A stretch of DNA of 64,000 nt from Geosiphon pyriformis uo1 (Eukaryota; Fungi; Glomeromycota): positions 62,001-126,000 of the forward strand of contig JAAOMT010000067.1 of the NCBI GenBank assembly GCA_016748015.1. Direction: 5' to 3'. Under the pieces are notes generated by a model. It worked only from the letters and a program-made list of their open reading frames with translations, was not told where the DNA came from and made no database searches. The translations under genes and the position numbers were made by a program. Positions within the stretch are counted from its first letter, which is position 1. The number at the start of each line of letters is the position of its first letter. Positions 26,671 to 40,690 of the stretch are shown here, in pieces.

Positions 26671-27857
26671 TTACTTTTGATTTTCTGTTGCATTGGCTCT
26701 TCATCAGCTGGCTCTACATCCAAGTCATTAGGAAGATCTTCTTCTTACATAATTGAATGTTCAAAAAGGGACTCGAAAAGAAAATAATTCACGCGAGGTT
26801 TTCTTTCAAACACCATTTGATAAGGTGGAAAGCCAGTAACCACAGAGACTTCCGTGTTCATTGCATCTAAACATAAAAATAAATTAGTCATTGTTTAAAT
26901 AATTCAACCAATATAAAAATAATGTTTTTTACATGTCACCCAACATAAATCATGCGACCAATTATTAGTTCCTTTATCCTCTATCCATTTTGAAAGTTTT
27001 TGTTGAAGTACATCATTTGCTCATTCGATTAATCCTTGGGATTGAGGATGTCTTGGGCATCCATTTATAATACGAATAGTTGGCCACATTTCTGTTAATT
27101 TTCTAATTATATTAGCCGTGAACTCTTTTCCATTATCAGTTTGAAGGATAGTTGGAGGTCCGAATGTGATAAAAAGTTGAAAAAAGAAGCTTGCTACTTC
27201 TTTTGCTTCTTTAGAAAAAAGGGCCGTAGTTCAAGAAAATTTCGTAAAATGATCCCAAGCATGACAGATATATTTGTAAGAATCATCTGGTCGATTGTGC
27301 ATATCAACCAAGTCTACTTGTAAACGACACATGAAGCCTTTTGCTAAAATCGGATTTGCAGCTATTGATTGAACTAAGGATCGTCGCATAATGCATCTAG
27401 TACAGCGAGAACAAAACTGTTTTACTAAATCCTCAAGCACCCAAGTGTATTTATCTTTAATCTATAAATAAAAAATTATTAGTATCTATTTATATAAAAA
27501 ATTAAATTAATATTATATACCGCGTTATAAGTTTTGCTCATTCCTCCATGTCCTATTTCTAAATGAAATTCACATAGTTTTTTATATAATTTTTCTTTTA
27601 GACAGACTGATTTTTTTGTTTTTTTAAGATAAAGTATACAGGGGGGTATAAAAAGTATTGGACACTTAATATAATATATAAAAAAGGCTATATATAGTAA
27701 TACCATTACCAATTTAAGCCATAATTTTTTTTATAATTACTTATAGTTATAATCTACAAATCAACATAAATCGCGTCCTTGTAAAACACAACAGTGGATC
27801 ATACGCGTATTTATAAAATATCAAACATTCTTGTCGTGAAAAAATTTACCGCATCAA

Positions 27858-28263
27858 ATGTGTCTTAGAAAAGAACTTTCTGAATACCAAAAAGGAGGGA
27901 TTATTTCAGCAAAAAAGTTAGGACATACAAATAGTAANNNNNNNNNNNNNNNNNNNNNNNNNNNNNNNNNNNNNNNNNNNNNNNNNNNNNNNNNNNNNNN
28001 NNNNNNNNNNNNNNNNNNNNNNNNAATTACTTCCTTGGCCAGCACAAAGTCCTGATATTACTCCAATAGAAAATCTTTGGTCATATATTGAAGTTAAAAT
28101 TCGTCAACGTAATTCACAACTCTCAAATATTGTACAATTGGAACAGTGGGTTAAGGAAGAATGGGATGCAATACCTGTAAATTACTATCGTAATTTGATC
28201 AAGTCTATGCCACGTCGAGTTCAAGCTATTCTTGAAGCAAATGGGAGTCAAACAAAATACTAA
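27858..28263 (+). CDS. Tc1 transposase, middle hidden by an assembly gap
   Basis: MCLRKELSEYQKGGII.. then, after the Ns, WPAQSPDITPIENLW..LIKSMPRRVQAILEANGSQTKY*. Confidence 0.85.
27938..28024. other. Assembly gap
   Basis: Run of N. Confidence 1.
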
Positions 28264-29830
28264 CATGTATTTTAATATAATAAAAAAAAATTAACGATTC
28301 ATAAGTTAGTTCTTTTATATAACATATTATAAAAGTGTCCAATACTTTTTATACCCCCCTGTATCTTGTCTTCCGACTTGTGCAATATAAAAGTTAGTGC
28401 ATACCCAATACTTCAACTTAGAATCGAAGTTTTCCTTCAGGAATATTTTTTAATATCTCAATGTATTGGTTTATGTAATCTTGAAAAAGCAAAGTTTTGG
28501 CTCGTCTTTTTTCACTTCTAGCTAATAAATAGCTTTCAAGAAGGTCAGAAAATATTTCTTGAGTAAGCCATTCATAATTTATTGATGATAAATGGTGTTG
28601 GGAAGCCATAAAAAAACGCGTCAAATATCAAAACTTTGATTTTTAACCAAATAATGTAATTGGTTGAGTTGATTCGGAATCAACACAGTGTTGAATTAAT
28701 GATTCCGAATTAACTCAAGTTGAATTAGAATCCCAAATCAACTTAAGTTGATTCCAAATCAACTCAAATCCTGTTCCAACTCATGACATATATATTGTTT
28801 CTTTTTTGTTTATTTAATTTTTTTTTACATATCAATACTTAATAAATTATTTACATTTTAAAAAAAGAAATAAAAAAGAATATAAAAATTAATAAAGAAA
28901 TTAATAATAATAAAATTTTTTTCAAATAATTATTTTTATATTTTTTTAAATGAGTTATAATCAATAAAAATAAATATAATTCAAATTTCAAAGACTTGTA
29001 ATTTAATAAACAAAAATCACACAATTTTTATTTAAATATACTGCAAAATAAAGATTAAAATATATTTATTATTATTATTATTATTGTTATTGTTGTTGTT
29101 TTGGATTATTAATATAATGAGAAAATAAATAAATAAATATGACATCATAAGTTTTTGATATTATTCAGTAATATCCTTTTATATTTATCCAAAAATCTTT
29201 TTTAGTATGTGAATAAATATATATAGTTAAGAGACTACTATTATTTCGGTCAACCCATTATAACCAAAAAAAGGTTTTACATTGCTCCTGGTCAATATTT
29301 TATCATATGAATTAAGATTACGAAAATTGATAAGATTTTTTTTATCTTATTCTTCTTCAATTTATGTTTGCATTATTAAAAAATGGGATTATCTAAAAAA
29401 GTAATTTATAGAATTTATTATTATTATTATTATTTTTCAAAACTTAAAAATTCGATTAACTCTTTTTAATATATATATATATATATATATAATGGCTGCA
29501 ATTACAATAAAATTCTAATTCAAATTTATAGAAATTTGAAAAACTGTGAGAAAGGAATTTTAAATTTCCCAGATTTACGATGATACGATTTTTTCTTTGT
29601 CAAATTTTAAATTGAACCCTTGAGTATCTAAATGAGAAATCTATGATGAATCAAGACGATTAAAAAGACTAATAACAAAGATCCGAAATCATTAATTCTC
29701 ACAGCGAGTTTCAGCCCATTGATATGTCGTATCCTTGGAGGTCTTTTTTTTACTTTTTAATTATATATATATATATTAAATTAATTGTATAATTAGTGAC
29801 TCATTATGTAAATAAAACTTTAATAATAGC

Positions 29831-29870
<40 letters not shown>

Positions 29871-30371
29871 TGTTTAGTAAATTTTCACATTTCAATTGCG
29901 TAAAGTAAATATGAGTTGTTTCTTTTAACTCGAAAATTAAACAAAACCCTTTTTTTTAAAATTAAAATTTTATAATTAATCAAAACTACATCATTATCAT
30001 CATTTGGTAATAGGTTTATTAATTTTTTATTAGCAGCTACTTGCAAAAAATCGGGGAATCACTATACATAAAACGATCTCTTTTATTCAATGTAAAATTT
30101 TTTAAAATTTAGACTTGAGAAGTCTTTCGACCAAATAGAATGTAAATATAATTTTTATTTATCTAAAAAATTTTGGTGCAATTAAATCTCTTCGACTACC
30201 CCCCTTCACTACCTTCTTTATTTTCTCATTTCTTGTACATTCGTATTTATTTATGTTACTTTCCCTTAATCAAATCTTGATTTGTTATTTCATCCAAATT
30301 TTTTGCCTCCGGATATTCTCTGTCTTTCATATTCATTGAATCTTTACTTGAACTCTACTATTGTTTAAAGC

Positions 30372-31007
30372 ATGACTGACGATACAGAACAAGAAGTAGC
30401 AAATACCTATATAAGATCTCAATCTACCTCTTCCGATAAACCTTCCTCTGATAGTACAGATGGAAAAACAAAATCCCCCGAGCAATACAAAAACTACAAG
30501 GAATTATGGCAAGCTAAAAAATTGAGAATCATTAGTTTGATGTCGGATATGGCTCCTCATGCTTTTATGGCTGTTGCATGTGAGTATTATCTAAAGCAAT
30601 TTTTGATTGAATAAGTGAGAAAGATATAGTAATATTACCCATGTTCTTGTTTATGTTTTTTTTTTTTAAAAAAAAATAAGCTTACGTTTTATATTCCTTA
30701 CAAATGCTTTTTTCCCAATTAATCCGTTAACTTTAGGTGCATACGGAACACGATATTCACATGTTCATAAAATTGCTCCAACTGTTGGTATCGCCGCATT
30801 CTCGGCTGGTTATACTAGTGCTTGGTTGGTTTTCTCTTTTACCTCGTAAAAACTAAAGAATTTATAAAAAAAGATTTCAATCAATAAAACGATTGAAATG
30901 GGTTTTAATTCCTTATTTCAGTTACTTAATCTACACGGATCGCCCACGTACTGGTTCTCTGATTGCTTTGGGTAAGTAGGACGCGATGGGACGAATGGAT
31001 GAATTTT

Positions 31008-31041
<34 letters not shown>

Positions 31042-31277
31042 ACACTCCTCAATACTACTATTCCTTTCTCATACATACTCATCAATTCTCCCTACCCAAA
31101 ATTATAGCGGCATCAATCGGTCTTCTCGGGTCAACTTTGCCTCAGGTTTACACTCTCGGACATTCTTATTACGTTAGCTTGGCAAGTCTGGCTGGATTGA
31201 ATACATTACATAATGTCTTGAAAACATATCAGTTGGAACTCGGTAAACCCACTCCATGGCAGATTAGAAGAGAATAA
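30372..31277 (+). CDS. Multi-exon hypothetical small membrane protein
   Basis: Exon blocks MTDDTEQ..FMAVA / LRFIFLTNAFFPINP..GIAAFSAGYTSA / CYLIYTDRPRTGSLIAL / AASIGLLGSTLP..PWQIRRE*; GT-AG sites; exon 1-2 phase unresolved. Confidence 0.7.
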
Positions 31278-32434
31278 AATTCTGAACTTTGAATCCAAGT
31301 TAGGATTGATCTTTGAATCAGAATTTTGACCGAATTAAATAACTGTAATTTGTAAAGTTTCCATTGCTACCTCGCTAAAATGCCATGATAATAAGAATTT
31401 TTACGAGTTAATTTCTGTACTTATTCTATTGACATTCCTTTTTTAGCTTTTACTTATTTTAAAAGCCTATCAATTGATCAAATTTTTAGTATTCTTTAAT
31501 GGAAGTAGAATGATGGTTAAAAGCACAAAAATCCCACGGCTAAAATTAGGCATACCTTTTTAAGTTGAAGTACTAGTTCTTTGTGTATACTAAAAATCCA
31601 ATGAAATATGCCTATAAAAAGTATAGCTTTAATCTCTGATCTTTGATTCAGATAATAAAACTCGATGGAATTCTCTCCTGAATCTCATATGTTATAACAG
31701 ACGGAATATTACATTTATGCAATCAAATACTGATTGTAAATTGATATTGATAATTGTTCTTGATTGTAAAAAAAAACTTTACATGGTAATTATTAGCCAC
31801 AATAAATCGAATAACTAAAAAATTTCATTATAATTATTTAAATAAAAAAAATATTTAAACAATCATTAAATTAAAGATCTATGCTACCTACGTATATTAA
31901 TATATATATATATATATATATTAATAAATTACAATTGCTTTAATATATGTGATAAAATTTAATCATTTCACGTCATTTCATGATTGAATTACAAATCCAA
32001 TCTTTAAAAAAAACAAAAACAAAAACAGAATGCTTTTTTGTTAAAAAATATCTCTCATTCATGCAGTCAACTTTGCCATACGCCAAAAAGTAATAAAGTT
32101 TTAATGCTAAATCTTATTAGTCATCTTTTCTAAATCTTTAAACGGTTTACATTGGAATGGAACTCACCCACTGTTCAATAGCAAAATAAAAAAATTTGAA
32201 AATTATTATTTTGCTATTGTTATCCTTATTGAAATTCATTTTCAACAATGTTTTCTACCTCCTTTTAGATCTCAATTTAAAATTTTTCCGATTAAAATCT
32301 TTTTTCCACAATCCTAATCTCAATGATCGCACTAAAATGTTGGTACTCCTATTTGGTATAATTGACGATTTATTTCATCTTAAAGCAAACGATATCTCAG
32401 ATTTTTACCTAGAAACAAATAAATGCATTGATTC

Positions 32435-32435
<1 letters not shown>

Positions 32436-32514
<79 letters not shown>
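32436..32514. repeat. (TTA)n microsatellite
   Basis: Direct reading. Confidence 0.95.
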
Positions 32515-32515
<1 letters not shown>

Positions 32516-33579
32516 AATTTAAAAACTTTTATATAGAAACTTTTCAACCACCCATTTTTAATTTTCGCTATTAAATTTTGTTTCTACCCATAGAAAATCC
32601 TTCCCTCTTCTTGACAAATATCAATAACAACATGGTTTAATAATAATCGAAAATTGAAACTGTTTAAATTTCTTTTTCCAAACTATAAAATTGAGGAATA
32701 ATTTTCAACAATGGCCATCCACCCCTAACGAAAGATTTGAACTTTTTGATCATTTAAACTGCAATATCTACGTGAATATCTCCGAAAAAGGATAGATTTG
32801 AATGATCCCATTCTTTAATTCCCCATCCCTCATTAATTTAGCAATTGATTCGACGATACCAAACTTAATTTTAAAACCGGTTGTAAAAAAATTCGAAACA
32901 GGAAATACACCTTTGATAATAACCCTTATTTCAGAAAAAGCAATGAATCCAAAAAGTTGACAACCTAATCAATGTTCCCAGATTTGATATATAATCAACG
33001 TCAAAATTTTTTTTAAAAAACAAATAAAAAGAAATGCATTTAGTTTGTTATCAATCTGAATCTATCAATGGAATGTGTGTGTGTGTACGTTACATGTGTC
33101 AAAGAAAATTTTAAAAAAAAATTTTTAAGATTCAAAAACAAAAAAATTGTAACTGGCCATTAATCCATTTATTCTATCAAAGGATTTTAACTAAAGTGGT
33201 GGACCTTTTTTTCGCAAAAAAGTGACTACAGTGAACTCGAATTATGCCTTATCTGATGTTTCAATGTTTTTTTAAAGAGTTTTAACTATATAAAATTTTT
33301 TTTACAAAGGGTAAAAATATAATGGTAAAATTTTTTGATGTTAAATTTTTTATAATAGATAAAAACAATAGTTTTTTTTTTGAGTTTTAATAATAAATGT
33401 TGGTTTTAAATTTGGTAAAAAAAATTTTGTAAACCAGAAATGTCAATGGTGTAAATTAAGATTTTTTAAATTTTAATTTAAAAAAAAATTAATAAGAAAA
33501 AGAATTATTCTACTTAAATATAAAAACTTTTAAATTATTCATTTAAAAAAATTAAATTCAACCAAAAAATTAGTATAAT

Positions 33580-33750
33580 TATCCTTAATTTATATATTAT
33601 TTTATTATTAAATATTTAAACAAATATATTTATACTTTATTATTATTATTTTATTATTAAATATTTAAACAAATATAATTATACTTAATTTATATATTAT
33701 TTTATTATTAAATATTTAAAAAAATATAATAATACTTAATTTATATATTA
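33580..33750. repeat. About 50-bp AT-rich minisatellite, about 3 copies
   Basis: Unit aatttatatattattttattattaaatatttaaacaaatataattatactt. Confidence 0.75.
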
Positions 33751-34089
33751 TTACTATTTAATATTAAAACATTTTATTAAAAAATATTTTTTCTTCTTAA
33801 TAAAATTTATAAAATTTTGTTGTTTTAATTTAATAAAAATAATAATTTTGGTTAAAAAATATTTTAATAATTTAAAATTCAAAAAAAAAATTTTTTAAAA
33901 TATTTGTTTTAACTTTTATTTAAAAAATTTGTTAAATATATTATTATTATTATTTTAAGTAATTTATTTTGTTTTATACTAATTTATAAAAATACAAATA
34001 ATAAAATAGATAATATATATATATATATATAAATTAACCAAAAATAATAATTTTTTAAACAATATTTAACAATAAAAATATTATTTATA

Positions 34090-34122
<33 letters not shown>

Positions 34123-34194
34123 AAAAATTTTTTTATTAAAATTTACAAATTTATATATATATAAATTTTATAATTATTTATATGTACATTTTTC

Positions 34195-34237
<43 letters not shown>

Positions 34238-35216
34238 TTTTTCATTTAATAAATTTTATTTATTAATTATTTTTATTTTTTATGAAACATATTAAAAAAA
34301 AATTAATACATAATAAATTTTATTATTGTTTATTAAAAACTATCAAAAAAATATTTTGTAATTTAAAAATCAAATAATTAATAAATTTTAAACTTGTTTA
34401 TAAAAATCAAAAAATTAAAATTAAAATTTACAATTTTTTTTGGTAATTATAATAATTACAAAAACTTTAAAAAACTTTTAAATTTTATTTTTTTTTATAA
34501 TACAAAGATACATGTAAATATCTACAAAGAACGATTCTTTTAATCTAAAGATCACCCATTTCAATTTGTCGCACTTAATATAATAAATAAATTATTTATA
34601 TATATTGGTTGACAACCTTTTTTACCCATTAATATATTGTAAAATTAAAATTTATTTCAATGATTAATCAGTCAATTGCGTTTAATTTATTTTACATATT
34701 TGATGTAAAATAAAACCTTATTTAGTTGACAAAAAATAACAAACTTTAACAAGAAAGAACCTCAGCCAAGTAGATAATTAGGATATCGTGGCGAATTTAA
34801 TAATTCGTGATAAAATGACATACTTCCACGTGTCTTATTCTTGCACGCGGATTTATTTTGCCACCACAATATCTTTAATTAATGAAAAATTATTTTTATT
34901 TAATTCTTTTTTTAATAGTTTTTTTATTGGTTTCTAAAATCTTTAGATGGGTTACAAAAATTTACAATAACAAAAAAAATGTGATTCATTTCATCAATTT
35001 TTTAATAAAGTTGTCAAATAGTTTTTTCAAAAAAAAAAAGGTAAATTATTAATGTACTTTTGGTGGTGGCAGTGGCATGATGATCTTTAAGAAAATGTTG
35101 CGAGTGAAAGAAACGTAATTTTTTTACAAACGGATATTGAACACATAGATTTTGATTCAATGGGTTTTCATATATTTTACATTTTTTGAAGAAAAAAAAA
35201 AAAAAAAAAATTCTTC

Positions 35217-36028
35217 TCACATACTAACACTACTGCACCTAGACAAACTTCCACTACAACCCGTGCCAACAGTTCCCGGTTCAAATTGTAGATCAGTGAT
35301 CGTAGCTGCAGCTGGTGTCGTAGGCTCACCGAGGTATGTATCGATTTCTAAATCTGAAGACGAGGTAGTGTAAAGATCAACCAACCAAGCGTTTCCAACG
35401 ACCGGTTCAGTTTCAATAGACGGACTAGGAGTACTCACACATCGGCTTATTACGGTATCGAGATCACTGCTTGTATCCTCGGTAACACAACTACCTGGAG
35501 TTAAAAGATAATCTGGTTGATGATGATGATTGAGCATAAAATAACTTGTTTGTTGATGAAATTTATCAACGGGTAATGCGTCAAGATAGGTATTTTCAAT
35601 CTGTGTTGGACTTATGACGAATTCTGAACCATTATTTGAGATATGCGAATTTGTTGGGGAATTAGGATGATGATGATTATAAATATCCTGAGGTAAAATT
35701 GTCATAGGAATTCCCATATATGTAGCGGATGATTGATTTTGTTTCACCGATGTAGATTGATTATTTAACAAATGTGGTGTTGGTGAATGTAAGACTGGAT
35801 CAAGATTCATGTATTGACCATTTTTCGTAATGTTATTATTAGAGATGGTTTGATTTTGTGCGAAAATAATCTGAGTCGTGGTTCCTGATGAAGAATTTGT
35901 ATGTGATGATAAATCATATGATACGAAATGAGGTGATGTGGGTGTATTTGGGGGTGGATAATTGACGTGTTGATGATGATTATTATGATTGAAGTCTAAA
36001 TTAGTATTGATATTTAAATGAATTTGTG

Positions 36029-36064
<36 letters not shown>

Positions 36065-37063
36065 GGTGATTATTATTATTATTATTATTATTAGTATTGC
36101 TATTATTGTTATTTCGATGTTGTTGGTTAATAGCTTGTGCAGCGGCAAACGCAGTTTCGGCAATGGCCGTTAAAATATCATCGGCTTTAAATGTTGAAGT
36201 AGCCATTTGTTTCGAAGTTTTTGTTGGTCTAGCGGAAAATATATTTGTGCTATTATTCTTTTCATCTTCAGAATTTCCATTTCCGTTCCTTACTCCAGCC
36301 ATAGGACCACTAACTTTTCCGTTCAATTTATCAAAAGATTTTCTTTTCTTAGTACCAGGTTTTTTTGGCTGATAAACGTAATCCGGATGATCTTGCATGT
36401 GTTGTAATTTAATCCTGTCAGCCATTTTCTCCCATTCGAACCTTTCATCTTCAGTTTCTTTCCACCATAATTTTGAAATAACTTTTGAAACTTCAGCATT
36501 TGTTAAAGTTTTATTCATAGCTACTATTTCTGGTTGTTTTGTTTTACGATAAAGGATGAAAGCATTCGGAGGACGTGGAGTTCTCTTTTGACGTTTTTGT
36601 TTTGTTTTTCTTGGGGTTGTTGTGTTGGTGTTGGTGTTATTGGAAGAGGAAGATTTTTTGTTGATTGATTTTGTGTTAGTTGTGTTTTGTAAATTTGTTT
36701 GTGATTGATTAGATTCATGATGAAGAGTTGTGTTTGAATTTACGGTATGAATTTCTGAAGGTGAAATTGATCCGGGAGAATTAGAATTGTGAAAGTAACC
36801 ATTGATTGGATTTGGATTTTCAAATGGGGTGGTTGCCGCAGATACGAACGCATGATTACACATATGATCATGATCCGTAGATGGGATAGAACGATGATGA
36901 TGATGATTATGATTCATTTGATAATTTTGAATAGAATGATGATTTTGAGATCCAATTAATTGAAGAGCGTTATTATCATACATGAATGAGGATTGTATTA
37001 CACCACAACCTCCATCACCATTACCGTTACCATCTCCAAGTTGGGACGAGCATTCAAATTGTA

Positions 37064-37094
<31 letters not shown>

Positions 37095-37358
37095 TGAATC
37101 ATGACTTTTTCCGTTATTCTGGTGATTATGAAAAGGAGAAGGGGGATTGGTGACATGATGATGATGATGATGATTATGATTAGGATTATTAATTAATTGT
37201 GGATTGTTATTGTGATTTGAATTTTGAATCAAGTGATGATGATGTTGTTGTTGTTGTTGTTGTTGTTGGACTACAGTAGTTAAGTTTGTTTCTTGGGTAT
37301 TGTCATTAGAATCAAACATGAGAAGACTACAATATTTTCTTTTGGTCTCCTCGTCCAT
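35217..37358 (-). CDS. MATA/SOX-type HMG-box transcription factor, 713 aa, single exon
   Basis: PRPPNAFILYRK..NAEVSKVISKLWWKE..WEKMADRIKLQHMQDHPDYVYQPKK; poly-Q/H/N/S tracts; acidic C-terminus. Confidence 0.93.
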
Positions 37359-37382
37359 TGTTGAAGTTATTTTGTAGTTTGA

Positions 37383-37425
<43 letters not shown>

Positions 37426-37814
37426 GTAATAATAATAGATGAGATCTTTTTTTTAAATTAAAATTGATCTTGTTTTCAAGTTCCAAAGCTAAATATCGTA
37501 ACGTTTTTTTCCGCTTTTGTTCTGTTCAATAGTTAAACAATTTCCGGAGAAATTTCAACAGTTCAGTCAGTCGCTGGTGTCTACCTTTTTATTGTTATTT
37601 TAGTGGATTTTTGAGAATGGAATAGTTGAAAATTTTCAAGTCTCGTGAAATTTGGAGTGTAGATGTGTGAGAAAAAGAAGATTTTGGCTGATAGAGACAG
37701 GGCTGATACTATTAATGGAATTCTAACAAAGGTTTTAAGTAAGATTTGAATATCACGATAATGGTGGTAATTTTCAAATGTTAACGCGTCAGAAGTAGAT
37801 TTGATTGTAATGAT

Positions 37815-37922
37815 GTGGGTGGGTGGGTGAGTGGGTGAGTGGGTGGGTGGGTGGATGGATGGGGTGAGTGGATGAGTGGGGTGGTGAGTGGGGGTGGTGT
37901 GGTAGTGGCCGTGGTGATGATA

Positions 37923-37954
<32 letters not shown>

Positions 37955-37955
37955 G
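37815..37955 (+). repeat. G-rich (GGGT)n/(GGT)n tract upstream of the HMG gene, potential G-quadruplex
   Basis: gtgggtgggtgggtgagtgggtgagtgggtgggtgggtggatggatggggtg.. Confidence 0.75.
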
Positions 37956-38142
37956 CCAGTAAGGATGTAATAAGGGTTATGTGTGGACCACTTTTTTTTT
38001 TTCAGTTGAGCCGGTAATAAAAAGTTTAATGAATTTTAAATTAATTATAATTGGGCAAGAAGTTAGATCAGGAAAAAAAAAATAGGTAGTGGGCGTTCAA
38101 TAACGGTAATAATTATCAAAAAAAAAAAAAAAAAAAAAAAAT

Positions 38143-38921
38143 NNNNNNNNNNNNNNNNNNNNNNNNNNNNNNNNNNNNNNNNNNNNNNNNNNNNNNNNNN
38201 NNNNNNNNNNNNNNNNNNNNNNNNNNNNNNNNNNNNNNNNNNNNNNNNNNNNNNNNNNNNNNNNNNNNNNNNNNNNNNNNNNNNNNNNNNNNNNNNNNNN
38301 NNNNNNNNNNNNNNNNNNNNNNNNNNNNNNNNNNNNNNNNNNNNNNNNNNNNNNNNNNNNNNNNNNNNNNNNNNNNNNNNNNNNNNNNNNNNNNNNNNNN
38401 NNNNNNNNNNNNNNNNNNNNNNNNNNNNNNNNNNNNNNNNNNNNNNNNNNNNNNNNNNNNNNNNNNNNNNNNNNNNNNNNNNNNNNNNNNNNNNNNNNNN
38501 NNNNNNNNNNNNNNNNNNNNNNNNNNNNNNNNNNNNNNNNNNNNNNNNNNNNNNNNNNNNNNNNNNNNNNNNNNNNNNNNNNNNNNNNNNNNNNNNNNNN
38601 NNNNNNNNNNNNNNNNNNNNNNNNNNNNNNNNNNNNNNNNNNNNNNNNNNNNNNNNNNNNNNNNNNNNNNNNNNNNNNNNNNNNNNNNNNNNNNNNNNNN
38701 NNNNNNNNNNNNNNNNNNNNNNNNNNNNNNNNNNNNNNNNNNNNNNNNNNNNNNNNNNNNNNNNNNNNNNNNNNNNNNNNNNNNNNNNNNNNNNNNNNNN
38801 NNNNNNNNNNNNNNNNNNNNNNNNNNNNNNNNNNNNNNNNNNNNNNNNNNNNNNNNNNNNNNNNNNNNNNNNNNNNNNNNNNNNNNNNNNNNNNNNNNNN
38901 NNNNNNNNNNNNNNNNNNNNN
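38143..38921. other. Assembly gap
   Basis: Run of N. Confidence 1.
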
Positions 38922-39247
38922 TTTTTTTTAAGTTTACTCGATAGAGTAGAAAATATATATATATACTACAAATATTAATGCCTGGGAAGAATTACATGTT
39001 CTCTCCATTTTAATAACCTGAATTTGCGTTCTAGAACTACCAGTTCATAGTAGTAGTAGTAGTAGGTAAAAAATAATAATTAACTCGCTCGCACGGATCA
39101 CCTGTCAAAAAAAGAAAATTTAATAACCCACCACCCTGTTACTGCTTATTTAATTGGTGCTGCTACCACTGTTTCTGTCATCTTTTTTGCCTCATTTTTG
39201 AAATATGAGAGATTATAATTTTAATTGTAATTGTAATAGTAAAAGTA

Positions 39248-39278
<31 letters not shown>

Positions 39279-39869
39279 TATATTGAAACCCGTTTTAACA
39301 TTGATATCCTTTTTAGTTTACCATATATTTAAATAGTATCGAAATAATTTTAATATAAAAGGGTTGAAAATATTATTTTATTGTCCTCCAAAAAATGTTG
39401 TTTGTTATTAAGATAAAATTCCTATTGGTTTATTCATAATTTTTTCGTTAATTTCAGATATTCAAAGCTTTATTAGATAAATATTCCGATATTTCATGTG
39501 TTTGAAATAATAATAATAAAACCTTTTTTTTGACCAACGATGATGAAATCTTTAAAAAAATTCTATGAGAAAAATTCTTTTTTCAGAAAAAAAAGGTTTA
39601 GAGTAACTGGTAATTTGCATGAATTGTAAAAAAATAGTTTAGTCTAGTCTATTATAAAAAAAAATGTTTGAATTTCTTGAAATTTATCAATCATTTATTT
39701 ATACAAATATGATGATTTATTTATTTATTTATTTATTAATTTTAAAAAATGATTGATCTTTATTTGATTAAAAAGGTTTTGTGATAAAAAAAATTAATAT
39801 TTACAAATAATAATGATTTTTGTAAATTATTTAAATGACATTTAATATTATAAAAATAAAAGCTTTTCA

Positions 39870-39924
39870 AATAATAATGATGATAATAATGATAATGATG
39901 ATGAAAATAATAATGATAATGATG

Positions 39925-39987
<63 letters not shown>
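39870..39987. repeat. (AAT/GAT)n microsatellite
   Basis: Direct reading. Confidence 0.9.
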
Positions 39988-39988
<1 letters not shown>

Positions 39989-40163
39989 ATAAATTTCAAT
40001 ATAAGTTTATTAATATTGTGTAATTTTTAATATTTGGATTTGATTAATTTATGAACAAAGTTTTTGTTATAATCAATCAATCAATCAATCTTAATAGCTA
40101 TTTCACTATAAATTATATGATTGTATACAAAATCAAAAATTTATAAAGTTACAAAAAATATTG

Positions 40164-40194
<31 letters not shown>

Positions 40195-40524
40195 AAAATA
40201 ATTCATATTAAATTTTTTTTTGTCTTTTAACAAATATTAAAATTATAGTGCATCAATTAAATTTTTTTGGAAAATCAAAAATTTTTATTAATTCGTTCGT
40301 TTGTTTATTTGTTTATTTGTTTGTTTCTCAAAAAAAACCTTTGAATTTCAAATAGGGTTAAAAATCCAGAAATTTACTCGTCATTTTTATCATGTTTTTG
40401 ATCGTGTATTTTTACCAAAAGATTTTGGTTTGTTTTTTTGACATATTTAATTTTTTATCTGTTTAAAATTAAAAGGTAATGATTGACTAAAAAACTTTTT
40501 TTTTTAATGATATCCAGTCTAAAG

Positions 40525-40690
40525 TACTTTTACTTTTACTTTTTAATTTTGACTTTGACTTTGACTTTAACTTTAACTTTAACTTTGACTTTGATTTTAC
40601 TTTAACTTTAACTTTGACTTTCATTTTTACTTCTACTTTTACTTTGATTTTTACCTCTACTTTTACTTTTACTTTTACTTTTACTTTACA
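40525..40690. repeat. Hexamer tandem repeat (TTT[G/A/T]AC)n
   Basis: tttgac/tttaac/ttttac units. Confidence 0.9.

Larger units (their letters stand above)
27639..28361 (+). mobile_element. Tc1 element nested in the Ginger integrase, spanning an N gap
   Basis: TIR CAGGGGGGTATAAAAAGTATTGGACACTT with its reverse complement ending at 28361; TA TSD at 27637-27638 and 28362-28363; removal restores host frame VGRQD-ILYLKK. Confidence 0.95.
25863..28609 (-). pseudogene. Ginger integrase/transposase with 2 introns, disrupted
   Basis: HHCC (HLEIGH..CSRCTRC), DDE core QVDLVD..QTDNGKEF..PRHPQSQGLIE, C-terminal YKIGDFVRI..ISLREAA..CNCKGSC; introns at about 27464-27520 and 26866-26932; premature TGA stops; Tc1 insertion. 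Confidence 0.85.
25642..28788 (-). mobile_element. Ginger2/TDD-type (Gypsy-integrase-related) DNA transposon
   Basis: TGT..ACA termini; about 180-195 bp TIRs (TGTTATGAGTTGGAACAGGATTTGAGTTG / CAACTCAAATCCTGTTCCAACTCATGACA); flanks AATA/TATA; integrase ORF with no RT and no LTR. Confidence 0.88.

Noticed and set aside
26386-26787. Plus-strand hydrophobic 133-aa ORF, or a CRISPR-like repeat array
   Set aside because: Antisense reading of the Q-rich tandem repeat inside the Ginger ORF; no constant repeat with unique spacers.
35217-37358. HMG gene as a mating-type (sexM/sexP) locus
   Set aside because: No flanking triose-phosphate transporter or RNA helicase genes, and MATA-HMG genes are a large family in these fungi.
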